Source: Patescibacteria group bacterium UBA926
Lineage (GTDB): Bacteria; Patescibacteriota; Doudnabacteria; UBA920
NCBI GenBank assembly: GCA_002293685.1
Contig: DBDS01000002.1
Span: 31,742-95,741, forward strand
Direction: 5' to 3'
DNA length: 64,000 nucleotides
Of the stretch, positions 19,801-28,498 are shown in pieces; within the stretch, counting starts at the first letter, position 1, and each line of letters starts with the position of its first letter. Below the pieces are notes generated by a model. That model was not told the origin of the DNA. It was given only the letters and a program-made list of their open reading frames with translations, and did not search any database. Both the position numbers and the translations under genes were made by a program.

Positions 19801-20270
19801 CCCGTAGCAACTGCCTTTTCTATTTCTTTAGCTTGCTCATCCCGAGTTTCTTTGACGACATCTTCTGCTGTTTGAATCACTTCAACTTTGATTGCTTCTA
19901 CATCAACAGGTTTTTCCTGTTCAACTTTAACTTCGTTCTTGAGAGCTTCCGCGTTCAGTATTGCTAATTCGGCGTCGAGCTCAATCAACTCCTTTTTAGT
20001 TCTAATCTCTACTTTTCGTGTATTCACGTTCTCTTGCATCAACTCCTGCTGAGAACGAAGTTCATCGGCTTTACTGCGGTTTTTCTCTGCCCGCTGATTA
20101 TTACGAACAATCTTCCAATGTGGTTGGACTTTTTCAGAATTGTTTCCACCTTTTTTGTTTTGGTTTCCAGAATTCTGCTTTTTATTTGTATTTTTTTTAT
20201 CGGCGTTTTTCGCCCTTATGGGAGCGGCGATCTCATCTGGATTTTCAGAGGATCGTTCTCGATTTGCCAT
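16836..20270 (-). CDS. giant (1144 aa) K/E-rich coiled-coil protein with Gly/Ala-rich amphipathic (glycine-zipper-like) segments; function unknown
   Basis: Long uninterrupted ORF. Low-complexity N-terminus, heptad-like K/E stretches, segments FLVGMGAGAAVRGAVKAGYVAAFGANLPFAIAAGATAGG and AILRGAAYGALGSTVGAAL. Its own extended -10 promoter (TGGTATAAT) lies upstream. Confidence 0.6.
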   Translation of the reverse strand: MANRERSSENPDEIAAPIRAKNADKKNTNKKQNSGNQNKKGGNNSEKVQPHWKIVRNNQRAEKNRSKADELRSQQELMQENVNTRKVEIRTKKELIELDAELAILNAEALKNEVKVEQEKPVDVEAIKVEVIQTAEDVVKETRDEQAKEIEKAVATGQIGVVQAEAIRSVLFDENTKQGFFGRLKDRVGDWSAKHPRLSSFLVGMGAGAAVRGAVKAGYVAAFGANLPFAIAAGATAGGLLEGGKALFRESKAYQSKEIMEKFNQADYLEKAALLTKLEELHKNQKFDASPEEYNQIKQTLDAARLNMQTELAKKDGKFANYSEKDKIEYLLGASQDIKNNYAKSDRGKEVQVLLNRIERNINYKRDFGNVFRNKKAIVGKAILRGAAYGALGSTVGAALVESADKLWNSGAVIQESTPIVETRANLSESYTNKLDHRGLTGGARDAIHTFIEEHKGVNANFASGVTIEQLVYAEDTLVKEALRQGIDVNSAEFTVSSGYVEEALEKAGVIGENAKLTEAGIKNIGELIQTKAHFLSEATKAKMLDFDPVAMEQFITETITESKAYEDVELTADDYAALAVVAAAVLASEAASRPGRENNTNENSTVIGGVALGGTPGNRGPENPPVTTPLASTPRTGDKPKGPDSPDAPVDFDWGKALSQDTETDGEEKEKAEPEKEKLSQAEAEFNQALIAAGINAEVHIDGNKKLEKQIDKIQYIVDEFIKSAKKLRTLNINTKIVLNMSSDKERTLVSDRDSVIVGIPVFSRVDWSDIESLVGRVIENEVAKKFLEFESKYDFKVKLSDQRVFDQLSPEDQYRALSRVKKAFDSIKPNELQRITKGLKAINIGETDFVERDEVTLQLIKLSKGGISYNALKPAEIIGLLRESHKERTAVLGPMNREEQFAKYPDLMTNDAFSKIPESKRVPAEEILLDIINRKFPDGLPSNVEIVLGDKYQTKPGELDLDLTKPDEAYLNRQLEEGLRRADPERLSKVSDAVKNRFSSMSVLRESKKPNDQVVAERFADVVIKQMGINLDHGSSKEVIDNDEVENKERLEKIQKQFRKKLPTTRIKHIESYFKRNKMKAEDFLESKDKLPNISKNITSENIIQYVVESSIDSIESLMSGSDDDKKKARELLTKVENFIKK

Positions 20271-20327
20271 GTTTTTGTTTCAGTTTAAAGAAATTTTCTT
20301 AATAATATTATACCATAAATTGGTTTG

Positions 20328-20365
20328 TAAATAAAAAAGAGGGTCGAGATTATTAATCTCGACCC
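20328..20365 (-). terminator. rho-independent terminator after the Lpp-like gene
   Basis: gggtcgagattaataatctcgaccc hairpin followed by tcttttttat on the minus strand. Confidence 0.55.
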
Positions 20366-20392
20366 AACAAACTGCTTGAAGGTGCAGTAAAC

Positions 20393-21043
20393 CTAGTTAC
20401 GATCTCGAATTCGAGGTGTTAGCTCTATATCGATCGGAGTGACCGACACGTTGAGAGGCACATTGATCGACGGCGGCGCTGGCGGAACAACTGGCGCGGG
20501 TGCAACATGTGCCGGAGCCGGATACGCTGGTGGTGGAATAACCAAATACCCATTCGGGTAGTGTGGTGGAGCATGATGCCCAACGCCATTTCCGTTACCT
20601 ACGCCGCCATTTCGAGGGAAAAAATATCCCCCGATTATTGCAGCGACCAGCAATGCTCCTGCTAAGAAGAGCAGAAACCACCCGGCTGGTGAGAGAGTCC
20701 ACCAACTTTCGATAGCAGACACTCTGTTCTCCACGTGGTCAATACGGCCATTAGTATCGGCGAAAGCAGCGTTCACGTCCGCCGTATTCGCCTTGTTTGC
20801 CATCTGGCTTTTCAGGGTCGACGCGAGACCTTCGACCGAGTCCAAGCGCTTACGCGCTTCAACGTCGGTGCCGTTCATGTAGTATCTCTTCACCACAGTG
20901 GTCCGCTTAACTACCGGCTGAACTATTCGCGGCCGTTCTTGTTGGCAACCAACGTAGCAGCCGTCGGTTCCTGCAAAAGCAGTTTGCGACAGAGCGAAAA
21001 AAGAAACGACCATTACAACTATTACCGCAATATTCTTAAACAT
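20393..21043 (-). CDS. exported Lpp-like coiled-coil protein with C-terminal TM anchor and Pro-rich tail
   Basis: Signal peptide ending AFA|G. Heptad coiled coil resembling Braun lipoprotein repeats. One TM helix, then a PPAYPAPAHVAPAPVVPPAPP tail. Confidence 0.55.
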   Translation of the reverse strand: MFKNIAVIVVMVVSFFALSQTAFAGTDGCYVGCQQERPRIVQPVVKRTTVVKRYYMNGTDVEARKRLDSVEGLASTLKSQMANKANTADVNAAFADTNGRIDHVENRVSAIESWWTLSPAGWFLLFLAGALLVAAIIGGYFFPRNGGVGNGNGVGHHAPPHYPNGYLVIPPPAYPAPAHVAPAPVVPPAPPSINVPLNVSVTPIDIELTPRIRDRN

Positions 21044-21216
21044 ATTATCTTTCCTCCAAGAAGTTGTATTGTTTTAAATTCCGAGGTCATCACTGACCGC
21101 CATAATACCACCCATAAACACAGGGCAGCGCCACAACGGTCAGCTTGTGCATGACCTGTAGAAACCCACATTTACGGGCTTTTACAGGAAATTCACCATA
21201 TTTAATTTGACCTCGT

Positions 21217-21245
21217 AGTATACACTATTTTTGGTATTTTGTCAA
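21217..21245 (-). promoter_or_regulatory. sigma70-type promoter TTGACA-N17-TATACT for the Lpp-like gene (about 170-nt 5'UTR)
   Basis: On the minus strand: cTTGACAaaataccaaaaatagtgTATACTacg. Confidence 0.6.
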
Positions 21246-21261
21246 GGCCTGTCACAAATCC

Positions 21262-21294
21262 GGGCAAAAGAAAAAGGACCACTTTCGCAGTCCT
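21262..21294 (-). terminator. rho-independent terminator after the 21317-21946 gene
   Basis: aggactgcgaaagtggtcct hairpin followed by ttttcttttg on the minus strand. Confidence 0.5.
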
Positions 21295-21316
21295 GTTTTG
21301 TAACCCTTTGAAGCCT

Positions 21317-21946
21317 TTACGACTTCTCTGGGTTAATATGTAGGTTTATGACACCGCTTTCACGCTTGTCACGTGCCGACACAGACGAATATTCATCGTC
21401 ATCATCTCTGATGCCCAAAGGGTCACCGAGTTTAGAAGCATCAAACTCACCTTTATGTGAATCAGGTGCTTCTTCCTTTTCCGGCTCATCCCTGATCTCC
21501 CAATAAGCCTTCCCAAGTAGATACCCGCCTGGCAAGCCAATCATTCCTAGCAGGATAATGACGGCATACCACTGCTGTGACATTAACGGCATTGGCGTAT
21601 TCCACAAGCTGTAGCCGACCATAATACTCACCGAAATGAGAGCCGCCACGACCATGAGATACCATGCTACCTGAGCGAACCACAACAGGGACCGAGCCGA
21701 ATGATAGATCGCAGCCAGGGAAAGCAGTAACGCAGTCCCAACTGTACTGCTCAATAGGATGAAGTCCATCCTACGCCGGGTTGGCATATCCAAAAGGTAC
21801 ACCATCACCAGCATAAATGCTGCCACCCCAATGAAAAACACCATCGCATTTTTTAGGTTATACATAAACATTTCCTCCAAGAAATTTGATTTAAATAGTC
21901 GAAAAACTATTTGCGTAATAATACCACAAATAGTTCTTTTTGTCAA
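21317..21946 (-). CDS. hypothetical 4-TM membrane protein with acidic C-terminus. The true start is probably an internal Met near 21868.
   Basis: Four hydrophobic helices; a D/E-rich C-terminal tail. Confidence 0.5.
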   Translation of the reverse strand: MTKRTICGIITQIVFRLFKSNFLEEMFMYNLKNAMVFFIGVAAFMLVMVYLLDMPTRRRMDFILLSSTVGTALLLSLAAIYHSARSLLWFAQVAWYLMVVAALISVSIMVGYSLWNTPMPLMSQQWYAVIILLGMIGLPGGYLLGKAYWEIRDEPEKEEAPDSHKGEFDASKLGDPLGIRDDDDEYSSVSARDKRESGVINLHINPEKS

Positions 21947-21962
21947 TCAGGTTTTCGCTAGA

Positions 21963-24521
21963 CTACACCGACTTTTCAATACCACCAGGTCCTGCCGCCA
22001 TCATATCGGCAATCTGACTGGCTTCTAATATTTCTGCTTCGACTTCATTTCGAGGCCTACCAAATTTCAAACGAGATAACTGCCTAATAGCTTCGGCTGT
22101 TTGTCTCTGTTCAGCAGTTGCTTTGGGAAGTGGATAAGTTGCCATGTTAAACGGCTTGCTTGCTGTACCGTTAATCATTAATTTAACAAAAGCGTTGTAA
22201 CGGTCTACGTTAAGCAGATCGAACTCATTGAAAGTTGGCGCAAATTCTTTCGCCATAATTTCTGCATCTTCCACACCGATACGGAAACTGACCATACTTC
22301 CCGCATTTCCAAACACGGCGTCACGCAAATCACTACTCGCCGCACCGTGCGCACCCGCACCTTGTTGCAACTGTGCCAAAAATTGATGAGCGATAATTAA
22401 ATTAAGTTTGTATTTTCGCGCCTCGCTTAATATTGAAGAAAAAGCGTCCGTAATAAAGTTTTGAAATTCATCAACATACAAATAAAAGTCGCGGCGCTCG
22501 TCTTCAGGTTGATCGGCACGGCTTAACGCTGCCATCTGAATTTTAGACACAATAATCAAACCAAGTAGCTTAGCATTCATCTCCCCTACTTTACCTTTCG
22601 CTAAGTTCACAAGCAAGATTTTCCCACTGTCCATAACTTCTCTAAAATTGAAAGAACTCTTCGATTGACCGACAATATTTCTCATCATACTGTTCTCAAC
22701 GAAACGTCCAACTTTAGAAACCAAATAGCCAAGCATTTCAGATTTATGAAAATCAGAAGTCTTCGCCATTTCTTTTTCCCAGAATGCTTTAACAACAGGA
22801 TCATTAAGTTTTGAAACTTTGTACTTTTGAAATTCTGTGTCGGTGAAGATGCGAGGAATTTCTACTAAAGTTCCTGGATGTTGTTCATCTGCCATTAAAG
22901 TAAGCATGGCGTTGCGCATATTATGTTCGAACATTGGCCCGAGCATAGCCGGATCTGTCACTAACTTATAAAAGATAGAGATCATTTCTTGCACAGCGAA
23001 ATCTTTGTGCGAATCATGCGTAACTTCGAGCATATTCAAACCCATCGGACGTTCAGTGTCGAATGGATCGAACAAAATTACATCTTCCGCGCGGCTTTTT
23101 GGCACATGAGGAAGAACGTCTTCAATGAAGTCACCATGAGGATCGATAATACAAAGACCTTCTCCGTTCGCAATATCTTGCACGGCCATGTACTTCATCA
23201 CTTCAGTTTTACCTACACCAGTGCGTCCCAAAATATACATGTGGCGTCGCCTATCTTCGCGCGCCATATGCACTTTCGTTTCGATACCCCGATAAATATT
23301 TCTACCCAAAAGCAACCCTTCGGGAGCTAGATTAATTGGCGGAGGTGCTTTTTTCGATAATAGCCATTTGATGTTCGGCGTTTCGAGCAGCGGAGTTGGC
23401 AAGTGCCATAAACTAGTTAATTCTTCGGTGTTCAAAATCATCTTGCGACCATAACGTCTGTAAATTCTGAAGATATAGTCTTTGATAATTCGCTTTTTAT
23501 TGCGCTTCTTTATTCGGAAACCGTTAAAAGGCGGCATGTTATATTCCAAAAATGAAGAAGTTAAATTATGTAAATGGGCTTTCGCTGTGCCTGGTGTCTC
23601 GGAAGCTGTGATGATTCTAATATTAGTGAAGAATCCAGGACGACTAGCTTTTTCTTCAAAACGCTTCACCATTTCTTGCTGCATCGGGGTTAAATTAATC
23701 GCCGAGTAACGACCAGACAAATCATTGCGTTGCTGCATCTGTTCTTGAGAAGGCTTCATTCCTCCTACTACGCTGTCTTTTAAACCACCCCCGACTTCCT
23801 TAACAAACCGACCTGTTGCAGACTTCGCGACAATGTTTGGATTTTTTCCTTGTTGAATTTCCAACGCCATATGACGCGGCTTCATTTGCCAATGAACTCC
23901 TGCGGGGTATAAAATAACTTGAATTGCAGCGCCGTCTGTTTCGGACAATTTAGACATCGCGTTAGTAAGTGCATTCAAGGGATCGGTCTCCATATTCTTG
24001 TAAGTGCGGAATGGAAACATGTAGGGCTTGTTCAGTTGAAGCTCTACTGCTTCCATCTCGCCTTTTTTTGGAAATGGATTATAACCTTTGACTACTTCGA
24101 TAAACGCGTGCGGATATTGCGCTTGTATTTGCTTCTCAATTAAATCCTGAAGATGCTTGGGGCAATTGATATAAAAAGAAATTTTCTTGTTTGTGCAGGC
24201 GATTTCAAAACTAATATAATCCTTGGGCTGCCAAAACCAATTTTCGTGACTGATTCCCGACAAAGTTGTGTATAGTTGTTCACCCACGCCAATCATCTGC
24301 TTCTTTTCCTCATCCCTCATATCCCGAGAATTATCTTCACTATTTTCTTTTGGCATTTGAATTTCCAAAATTACCCAGTTCTTAGTGCGAGGTAAAATAA
24401 CCTTGCTGTAGTACCAGTGCCTGTGCGCGTAATAAGCTAGCAACGAAAAAAACACTACAAGTAGCACAATCAAAAGTAGTGTTGCGATAACTATCGTACT
24501 AATGTCTAATCCAAAAGGCAT
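21963..24521 (-). CDS. VirB4/TrbE/TraC-like FtsK-HerA superfamily ATPase (type IV secretion / conjugation-type)
   Basis: N-terminal TM helix, about 420-aa N-domain, Walker A LGRTGVGKT, IIDPHGD, Walker B LYVDEF and the RK...AHQ arginine-finger/Q motif. Confidence 0.65.
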   Translation of the reverse strand: MPFGLDISTIVIATLLLIVLLVVFFSLLAYYAHRHWYYSKVILPRTKNWVILEIQMPKENSEDNSRDMRDEEKKQMIGVGEQLYTTLSGISHENWFWQPKDYISFEIACTNKKISFYINCPKHLQDLIEKQIQAQYPHAFIEVVKGYNPFPKKGEMEAVELQLNKPYMFPFRTYKNMETDPLNALTNAMSKLSETDGAAIQVILYPAGVHWQMKPRHMALEIQQGKNPNIVAKSATGRFVKEVGGGLKDSVVGGMKPSQEQMQQRNDLSGRYSAINLTPMQQEMVKRFEEKASRPGFFTNIRIITASETPGTAKAHLHNLTSSFLEYNMPPFNGFRIKKRNKKRIIKDYIFRIYRRYGRKMILNTEELTSLWHLPTPLLETPNIKWLLSKKAPPPINLAPEGLLLGRNIYRGIETKVHMAREDRRRHMYILGRTGVGKTEVMKYMAVQDIANGEGLCIIDPHGDFIEDVLPHVPKSRAEDVILFDPFDTERPMGLNMLEVTHDSHKDFAVQEMISIFYKLVTDPAMLGPMFEHNMRNAMLTLMADEQHPGTLVEIPRIFTDTEFQKYKVSKLNDPVVKAFWEKEMAKTSDFHKSEMLGYLVSKVGRFVENSMMRNIVGQSKSSFNFREVMDSGKILLVNLAKGKVGEMNAKLLGLIIVSKIQMAALSRADQPEDERRDFYLYVDEFQNFITDAFSSILSEARKYKLNLIIAHQFLAQLQQGAGAHGAASSDLRDAVFGNAGSMVSFRIGVEDAEIMAKEFAPTFNEFDLLNVDRYNAFVKLMINGTASKPFNMATYPLPKATAEQRQTAEAIRQLSRLKFGRPRNEVEAEILEASQIADMMAAGPGGIEKSV

Positions 24522-24557
24522 TTTTTGTTGGTTTTGTTTTTGTTAAAAAATCGAGGT

Positions 24558-24941
24558 CTATAGCATGCCATTTAGGCGGTCTCGCGCTTCTTGTTCGGTT
24601 GGTTTCTCTTCAATTAAATTTGCTAAGTCCATGAGCTCACTGGCATCAGCAGCTGATTCTAATTCACTGGATGAAGCATAAACTTTTTCTCGTGCTAGTT
24701 CATGATGGCGGTCATTCAAAGTATGAGGCTCAATTCCTTCAAATTCATGTGATACAGGAGGTTGTTCTGAAGACTCCACTGATATTTCATCATCAGATTC
24801 TTCTTGAGCTGCAGTTTGAGTTTCTGGTGATTGTGTTTCTATATTATCCGCACCCACGACTTCTTGTGTAGGAATAACTTCAGGAGTATCGGGAATTTGG
24901 TCTGGGGAAAATTCTATTTTTGGCTTTATTTCTTCATTCAT
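24558..24941 (-). CDS. hypothetical highly acidic protein
   Basis: ORF immediately upstream of the ATPase gene; E/D/S/Q-rich. Confidence 0.4.
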   Translation of the reverse strand: MNEEIKPKIEFSPDQIPDTPEVIPTQEVVGADNIETQSPETQTAAQEESDDEISVESSEQPPVSHEFEGIEPHTLNDRHHELAREKVYASSSELESAADASELMDLANLIEEKPTEQEARDRLNGML

Positions 24942-25024
24942 ACTGAACTAATTATACCACAAAACGCTTTATAGTGCATAAACATTCCGTTATATATTGC
25001 GGGCTCTGTCGTCCCCGTTTACCA

Positions 25025-25132
25025 TAGGTTCAGGTTTGCACACTCGAGCTGTTGAACTACGCCCTCCTAAATTTCTACGAAATTTTGGCGGGCTGGGTTG
25101 CAAAGGCTCTCGTTTAGCAAACCTGAACCTAT
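25025..25132. repeat. MITE-like element with a perfect 16-bp TIR
   Basis: ataggttcaggtttgc ... gcaaacctgaacctat flanking 76 bp. Confidence 0.6.
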
Positions 25133-25200
25133 TAACCACCCATCATTCAGCGGGTTGTACGCTGAAACAAAAACCCGCACAAAGCGGGGTTGTAAAATAA

Positions 25201-25323
25201 AAGAAGTCAGATTTTTAGGCTAGTCCGCGAAGGAATCTGCGGCTACTTCGAGCCGTAGTGAAAGCTACGGTGAGAAGTAACGCAAAGATTCCGACAAAGG
25301 AATAGTCAAAAATCTGACTTCTT
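25201..25323. repeat. MITE-like element with a perfect 16-bp TIR enclosing a family-2 hairpin core
   Basis: aagaagtcagattttt ... aaaaatctgacttctt; internal gagccgtag-tgaaag-ctacggtgag. Confidence 0.6.
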
Positions 25324-25326
25324 CAC

Positions 25327-26604
25327 CTACTTCTGATAGTCGTGCATTGTGAGCTGTGCCTCTACTTGTTTGATACTTTCAATAACAACAGCAACAACAA
25401 TCAACAATCCAGCACCACCGAAAGTCATAGCCTGAGTTCCTGTCCAAGACTGAACAATAAACGGTAATACAGCAATTAGACCTAAGAACAAAGAGCCTGG
25501 TAAAGTAATGCGGTTCAATACTTTGTATAAGTAATCGGCAGTCATTCGACCTGGACGGATACCAGGAACAAAACCACCGCTGCGTTGCATGTTTTCAGAT
25601 ACTTCATCAGGGTTGATAACAATATTTGTGTAGAAGAAAGTAAACATTACAACCAGTACGAAGTAAGCTACACCGTACCAAATTCCTTGGTTATTGGTAA
25701 ATTCAATTGCTTTCTGAGCCCATTCAGCAACCAAAGGAGTTTTTGCATTTACAAAGAACTGCGCAATTATGGCTGGGAATAACAATAAGGAAATTGCAAA
25801 AATAATTGGAATTACACCGGCTTGGTTCAGGCGAAGTGGTAAATGTGAACTAACTCCGCCAACCTGCCTGTCCCCTTGCATACGCTTAGCATAAGTTACC
25901 GGAACATTACGCTGAGCTTCCGTCACCAGAACAACTCCGATAATTACCAATAATCCAGCAATCGCGAAACCAATCAAAGTTGGTAGCTGACTCGGATCAT
26001 ACAATTCAATGAATGAGCCGATTGAAGTTGGGATTTGAGCAACAATACCTGCGAAAATGACCAAGGAAATACCGTTACCAATTCCATATTCAGAAATAAT
26101 TTCACCAATCCACATAACAAGCATCGTACCTGCAGTCACAGCCAATAGAGTTAAGAACCATTGGAAAGGACTAAATACACCAAGCAATTCTGCACCACCC
26201 TGGCTTTGTAATAAGCGGATAGTTCCAAAACCAGATAGAATCGCTAAAGGAATAGTTAAGAAACGAGTATATTGGTTGATCTTCTGACGACCAGCTTCTC
26301 CATTCTCTTTCTGTAATTCTTTTAGAGCAGGAATAATCATTGTTAGCAACTGCATAATGATCGACGCGGTAATATAGGGACCGACACCAAGAAGTGCAAT
26401 TGAGAAGTTACTTAGACCACCACCAGAAAAGATGTTTAGTAAACTGAGGAACTGATTGCCTTCAAAGAAAGAGCGAAGCCCTTCGACACTGATTCCAGGA
26501 ATTGGGATATGAGCTAAAACACGAGTCATTAACAACAAAATCAAAACCATGAAGATTTTCTTCCGAAGGTCTTTAGTTTTCCAAATTAAGCTGAGTTTAT
26601 TCAT
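25327..26604 (-). CDS. secY: preprotein translocase subunit SecY
   Basis: Ten-TM SecY sequence; lies directly downstream of rplO. Confidence 0.95.
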   Translation of the reverse strand: MNKLSLIWKTKDLRKKIFMVLILLLMTRVLAHIPIPGISVEGLRSFFEGNQFLSLLNIFSGGGLSNFSIALLGVGPYITASIIMQLLTMIIPALKELQKENGEAGRQKINQYTRFLTIPLAILSGFGTIRLLQSQGGAELLGVFSPFQWFLTLLAVTAGTMLVMWIGEIISEYGIGNGISLVIFAGIVAQIPTSIGSFIELYDPSQLPTLIGFAIAGLLVIIGVVLVTEAQRNVPVTYAKRMQGDRQVGGVSSHLPLRLNQAGVIPIIFAISLLLFPAIIAQFFVNAKTPLVAEWAQKAIEFTNNQGIWYGVAYFVLVVMFTFFYTNIVINPDEVSENMQRSGGFVPGIRPGRMTADYLYKVLNRITLPGSLFLGLIAVLPFIVQSWTGTQAMTFGGAGLLIVVAVVIESIKQVEAQLTMHDYQK

Positions 26605-26626
26605 ATATTGATATTATACACATAAA

Positions 26627-26731
26627 GTCATCCTGAGCGAAGTCCACCTAAATCTCGTAGAGATTTTGAACGGACGAAGCGAAGGATCTCATTTTGAGAT
26701 CCTTCATCCCGTAAGCGGGATTCAGGATGAC
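26627..26731. repeat. family-1 palindromic element (composite, nested palindromes)
   Basis: gtcatcctgagcg...ggattcaggatgac termini; inner gaaggatctc/gagatccttc and aaatctc-gta-gagattt. Confidence 0.65.
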
Positions 26732-26742
26732 ATTGTATTCAT

Positions 26743-27177
26743 TTATTTAACTGAACCGCCAGCCGCTTCAATAGCAGTTTTTGCGGTAGCTGAAGCTGGT
26801 ACTTTCACAACAAGTTTCTTTTTGAGTCCACCCTTAAGTAGTTTTACTCTACCAACAGTGTTGGCGATAATACCATGCTTTTTAAGAGTTGAGATTGTAA
26901 CTTCATCACCATCATTGAAAGCATTTAGCGCATCAAGTTTGATAGCTGTAGCATTTTCGTGAATGCTCTTGAAACCACGACTCTTTGGAACTTGGCGAAC
27001 TAATGGTTGACGACCACCTTCGAAAGCCGCTGGTGATTTGGAATGACCAGTACGAGACTTTTGTCCTTTTGCTCCACGAGTAGAATAGGTTCCATGACCA
27101 CTTCCAAGACCACGGCCGACAACTTTGCGTCGCTTTGTGGATTTCGGATGACGTTTTAAATCATGTAATTTAATCAT
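26743..27177 (-). CDS. rplO: 50S ribosomal protein L15
   Basis: GRGLGSGHGTYSTRGAKGQKSR motif. Confidence 0.95.
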   Translation of the reverse strand: MIKLHDLKRHPKSTKRRKVVGRGLGSGHGTYSTRGAKGQKSRTGHSKSPAAFEGGRQPLVRQVPKSRGFKSIHENATAIKLDALNAFNDGDEVTISTLKKHGIIANTVGRVKLLKGGLKKKLVVKVPASATAKTAIEAAGGSVK

Positions 27178-27188
27178 ATATTTTATGT

Positions 27189-27245
27189 TGTCATCCTGAA
27201 CGCAGTGAAGGATCTTTTAGATTCTTCGCTTCGCTCAGAATGACA
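27189..27245. repeat. family-1 palindromic element (canonical copy)
   Basis: tgtcatcctgaacgcagtgaaggatct...agattcttcgcttcgctcagaatgaca. Confidence 0.65.
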
Positions 27246-27250
27246 TTCCT

Positions 27251-27751
27251 TTACTTGCGGCTTGCCATTATTTCTTCTTTACTGCGCATCACCTTAAATG
27301 CTTCGAACGCAGCACGAACATTGTTAGTCTTGTTGTTTGAACCAATCATTTTACTGATTACGTTCTTTACACCAGCAAGGTCTAAAACTGAACGAACCGC
27401 ACCACCGGCGATTACACCAGTACCCTGACGAGCAGGCATCATCAACAATTTACTAGACTTATATTTAATCTTAACTTCATGAGGAATAGTATCTTTTACC
27501 AAAGGAACTGTAATCATGTTTTTCTTCGCAGCATTTACTGCTTTGTTTACAGCTTCTGTTACGTCCATACCTTTGCGAAGACCAATACCGATTTTACCTT
27601 TGTGATCGCCAATTACAACTAAAGCACGGAAACGCATACGCTTACCGCCACCTGTAACACGAGTTACACGTTTAATCTCAACCACTTTCTGGTCAAATTC
27701 ACGAGGTTGTTGAGGGCCACGATTATTCGGTTTTTTAGATTTCTTATCCAT
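27251..27751 (-). CDS. rpsE: 30S ribosomal protein S5
   Basis: GGGKRMRFRALVVIGD and dsRBD/S5 C-terminal domain. Confidence 0.95.
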   Translation of the reverse strand: MDKKSKKPNNRGPQQPREFDQKVVEIKRVTRVTGGGKRMRFRALVVIGDHKGKIGIGLRKGMDVTEAVNKAVNAAKKNMITVPLVKDTIPHEVKIKYKSSKLLMMPARQGTGVIAGGAVRSVLDLAGVKNVISKMIGSNNKTNNVRAAFEAFKVMRSKEEIMASRK

Positions 27752-27799
27752 AATTATCTATTAAATATTAAACTTTCTCGTTTGTTCAAGCACGAGGCA

Positions 27800-27862
27800 T
27801 TTTCCGAGGAACTTTGGAACCGTAGTCTACCTACGGTGACAAAGTTCCGAGGAAAATAACAA
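27800..27862. repeat. family-2 hairpin element
   Basis: ttccgaggaactttg-gaaccgtag-tctac-ctacggtgac-aaagttccgaggaaaataac. Confidence 0.6.
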
Positions 27863-27867
27863 AGTGA

Positions 27868-27936
27868 TTGGACAAACCCGAAGGGTGAAGTTTGGTTGAA
27901 AGTCTGAATTTACTTCAAACTGAGACCAAACGAACG
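27868..27936. repeat. family-3 structured element (copy 1 of 3)
   Basis: ttggacaaacccgaagggtgaagtttggttgaaagtctgaatttacttcaaactgagaccaaacgaacgag. Confidence 0.65.
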
Positions 27937-27949
27937 AGGGAGTTTCATC

Positions 27950-28306
27950 TTAAAATTGAAGTCCAGCTTCGCGAGCCGCTTCAGCTAATGCTTTAACACG
28001 ACCATGATATCGATAACCACCGCGGTCAAACACGACAGCTTTTACTCCAGCAGCTTGTGCCTTAGTCGCGATTTCCTTACCGACACTTTGAGCTTGAGCA
28101 GTTTTATCGCCAGTAGCTTTCAAGTCTTTAGTAGAAGCTGCTACCAAAGTTTTACCGGCCACATCATCGATTAACTGAACAACCATATGAGCATTAGAAC
28201 GGAACACGCTTAAACGAGGACGTTCTTGAGTGCCACTGATGACACTGCGAACACGACCCTTGCGGAGTTTATGCTTTAATTGTTTATGCTTCTGTAAATT
28301 AGTCAT
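27950..28306 (-). CDS. rplR: 50S ribosomal protein L18
   Basis: [20 protein letters not shown] motif. Confidence 0.95.
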   Translation of the reverse strand: MTNLQKHKQLKHKLRKGRVRSVISGTQERPRLSVFRSNAHMVVQLIDDVAGKTLVAASTKDLKATGDKTAQAQSVGKEIATKAQAAGVKAVVFDRGGYRYHGRVKALAEAAREAGLQF

Positions 28307-28350
28307 ATATTATCACATATTAGATTATCGCAATTTTCATGGTTGAGGCG

Positions 28351-28440
28351 AATTCGCGAAGCCGGCGAGTACCGAGCGAGTCGTAGTAGAACTACGGTGA
28401 GCAAGGAACGGAGCCGGCGACAAAGAAGTCGCTCAAAGCC
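28351..28440. repeat. family-2 hairpin element
   Basis: gaattcgcgaagccggcgag...gagtcgtagtagaactacggtgagcaagg...gacaaagaagtcgc. Confidence 0.6.
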
Positions 28441-28498
28441 ACTTTGCAAGTCCGGACTTGCTCCGGGCTAAAAAGTGGCGGCCATGGAAATTGCGGCC

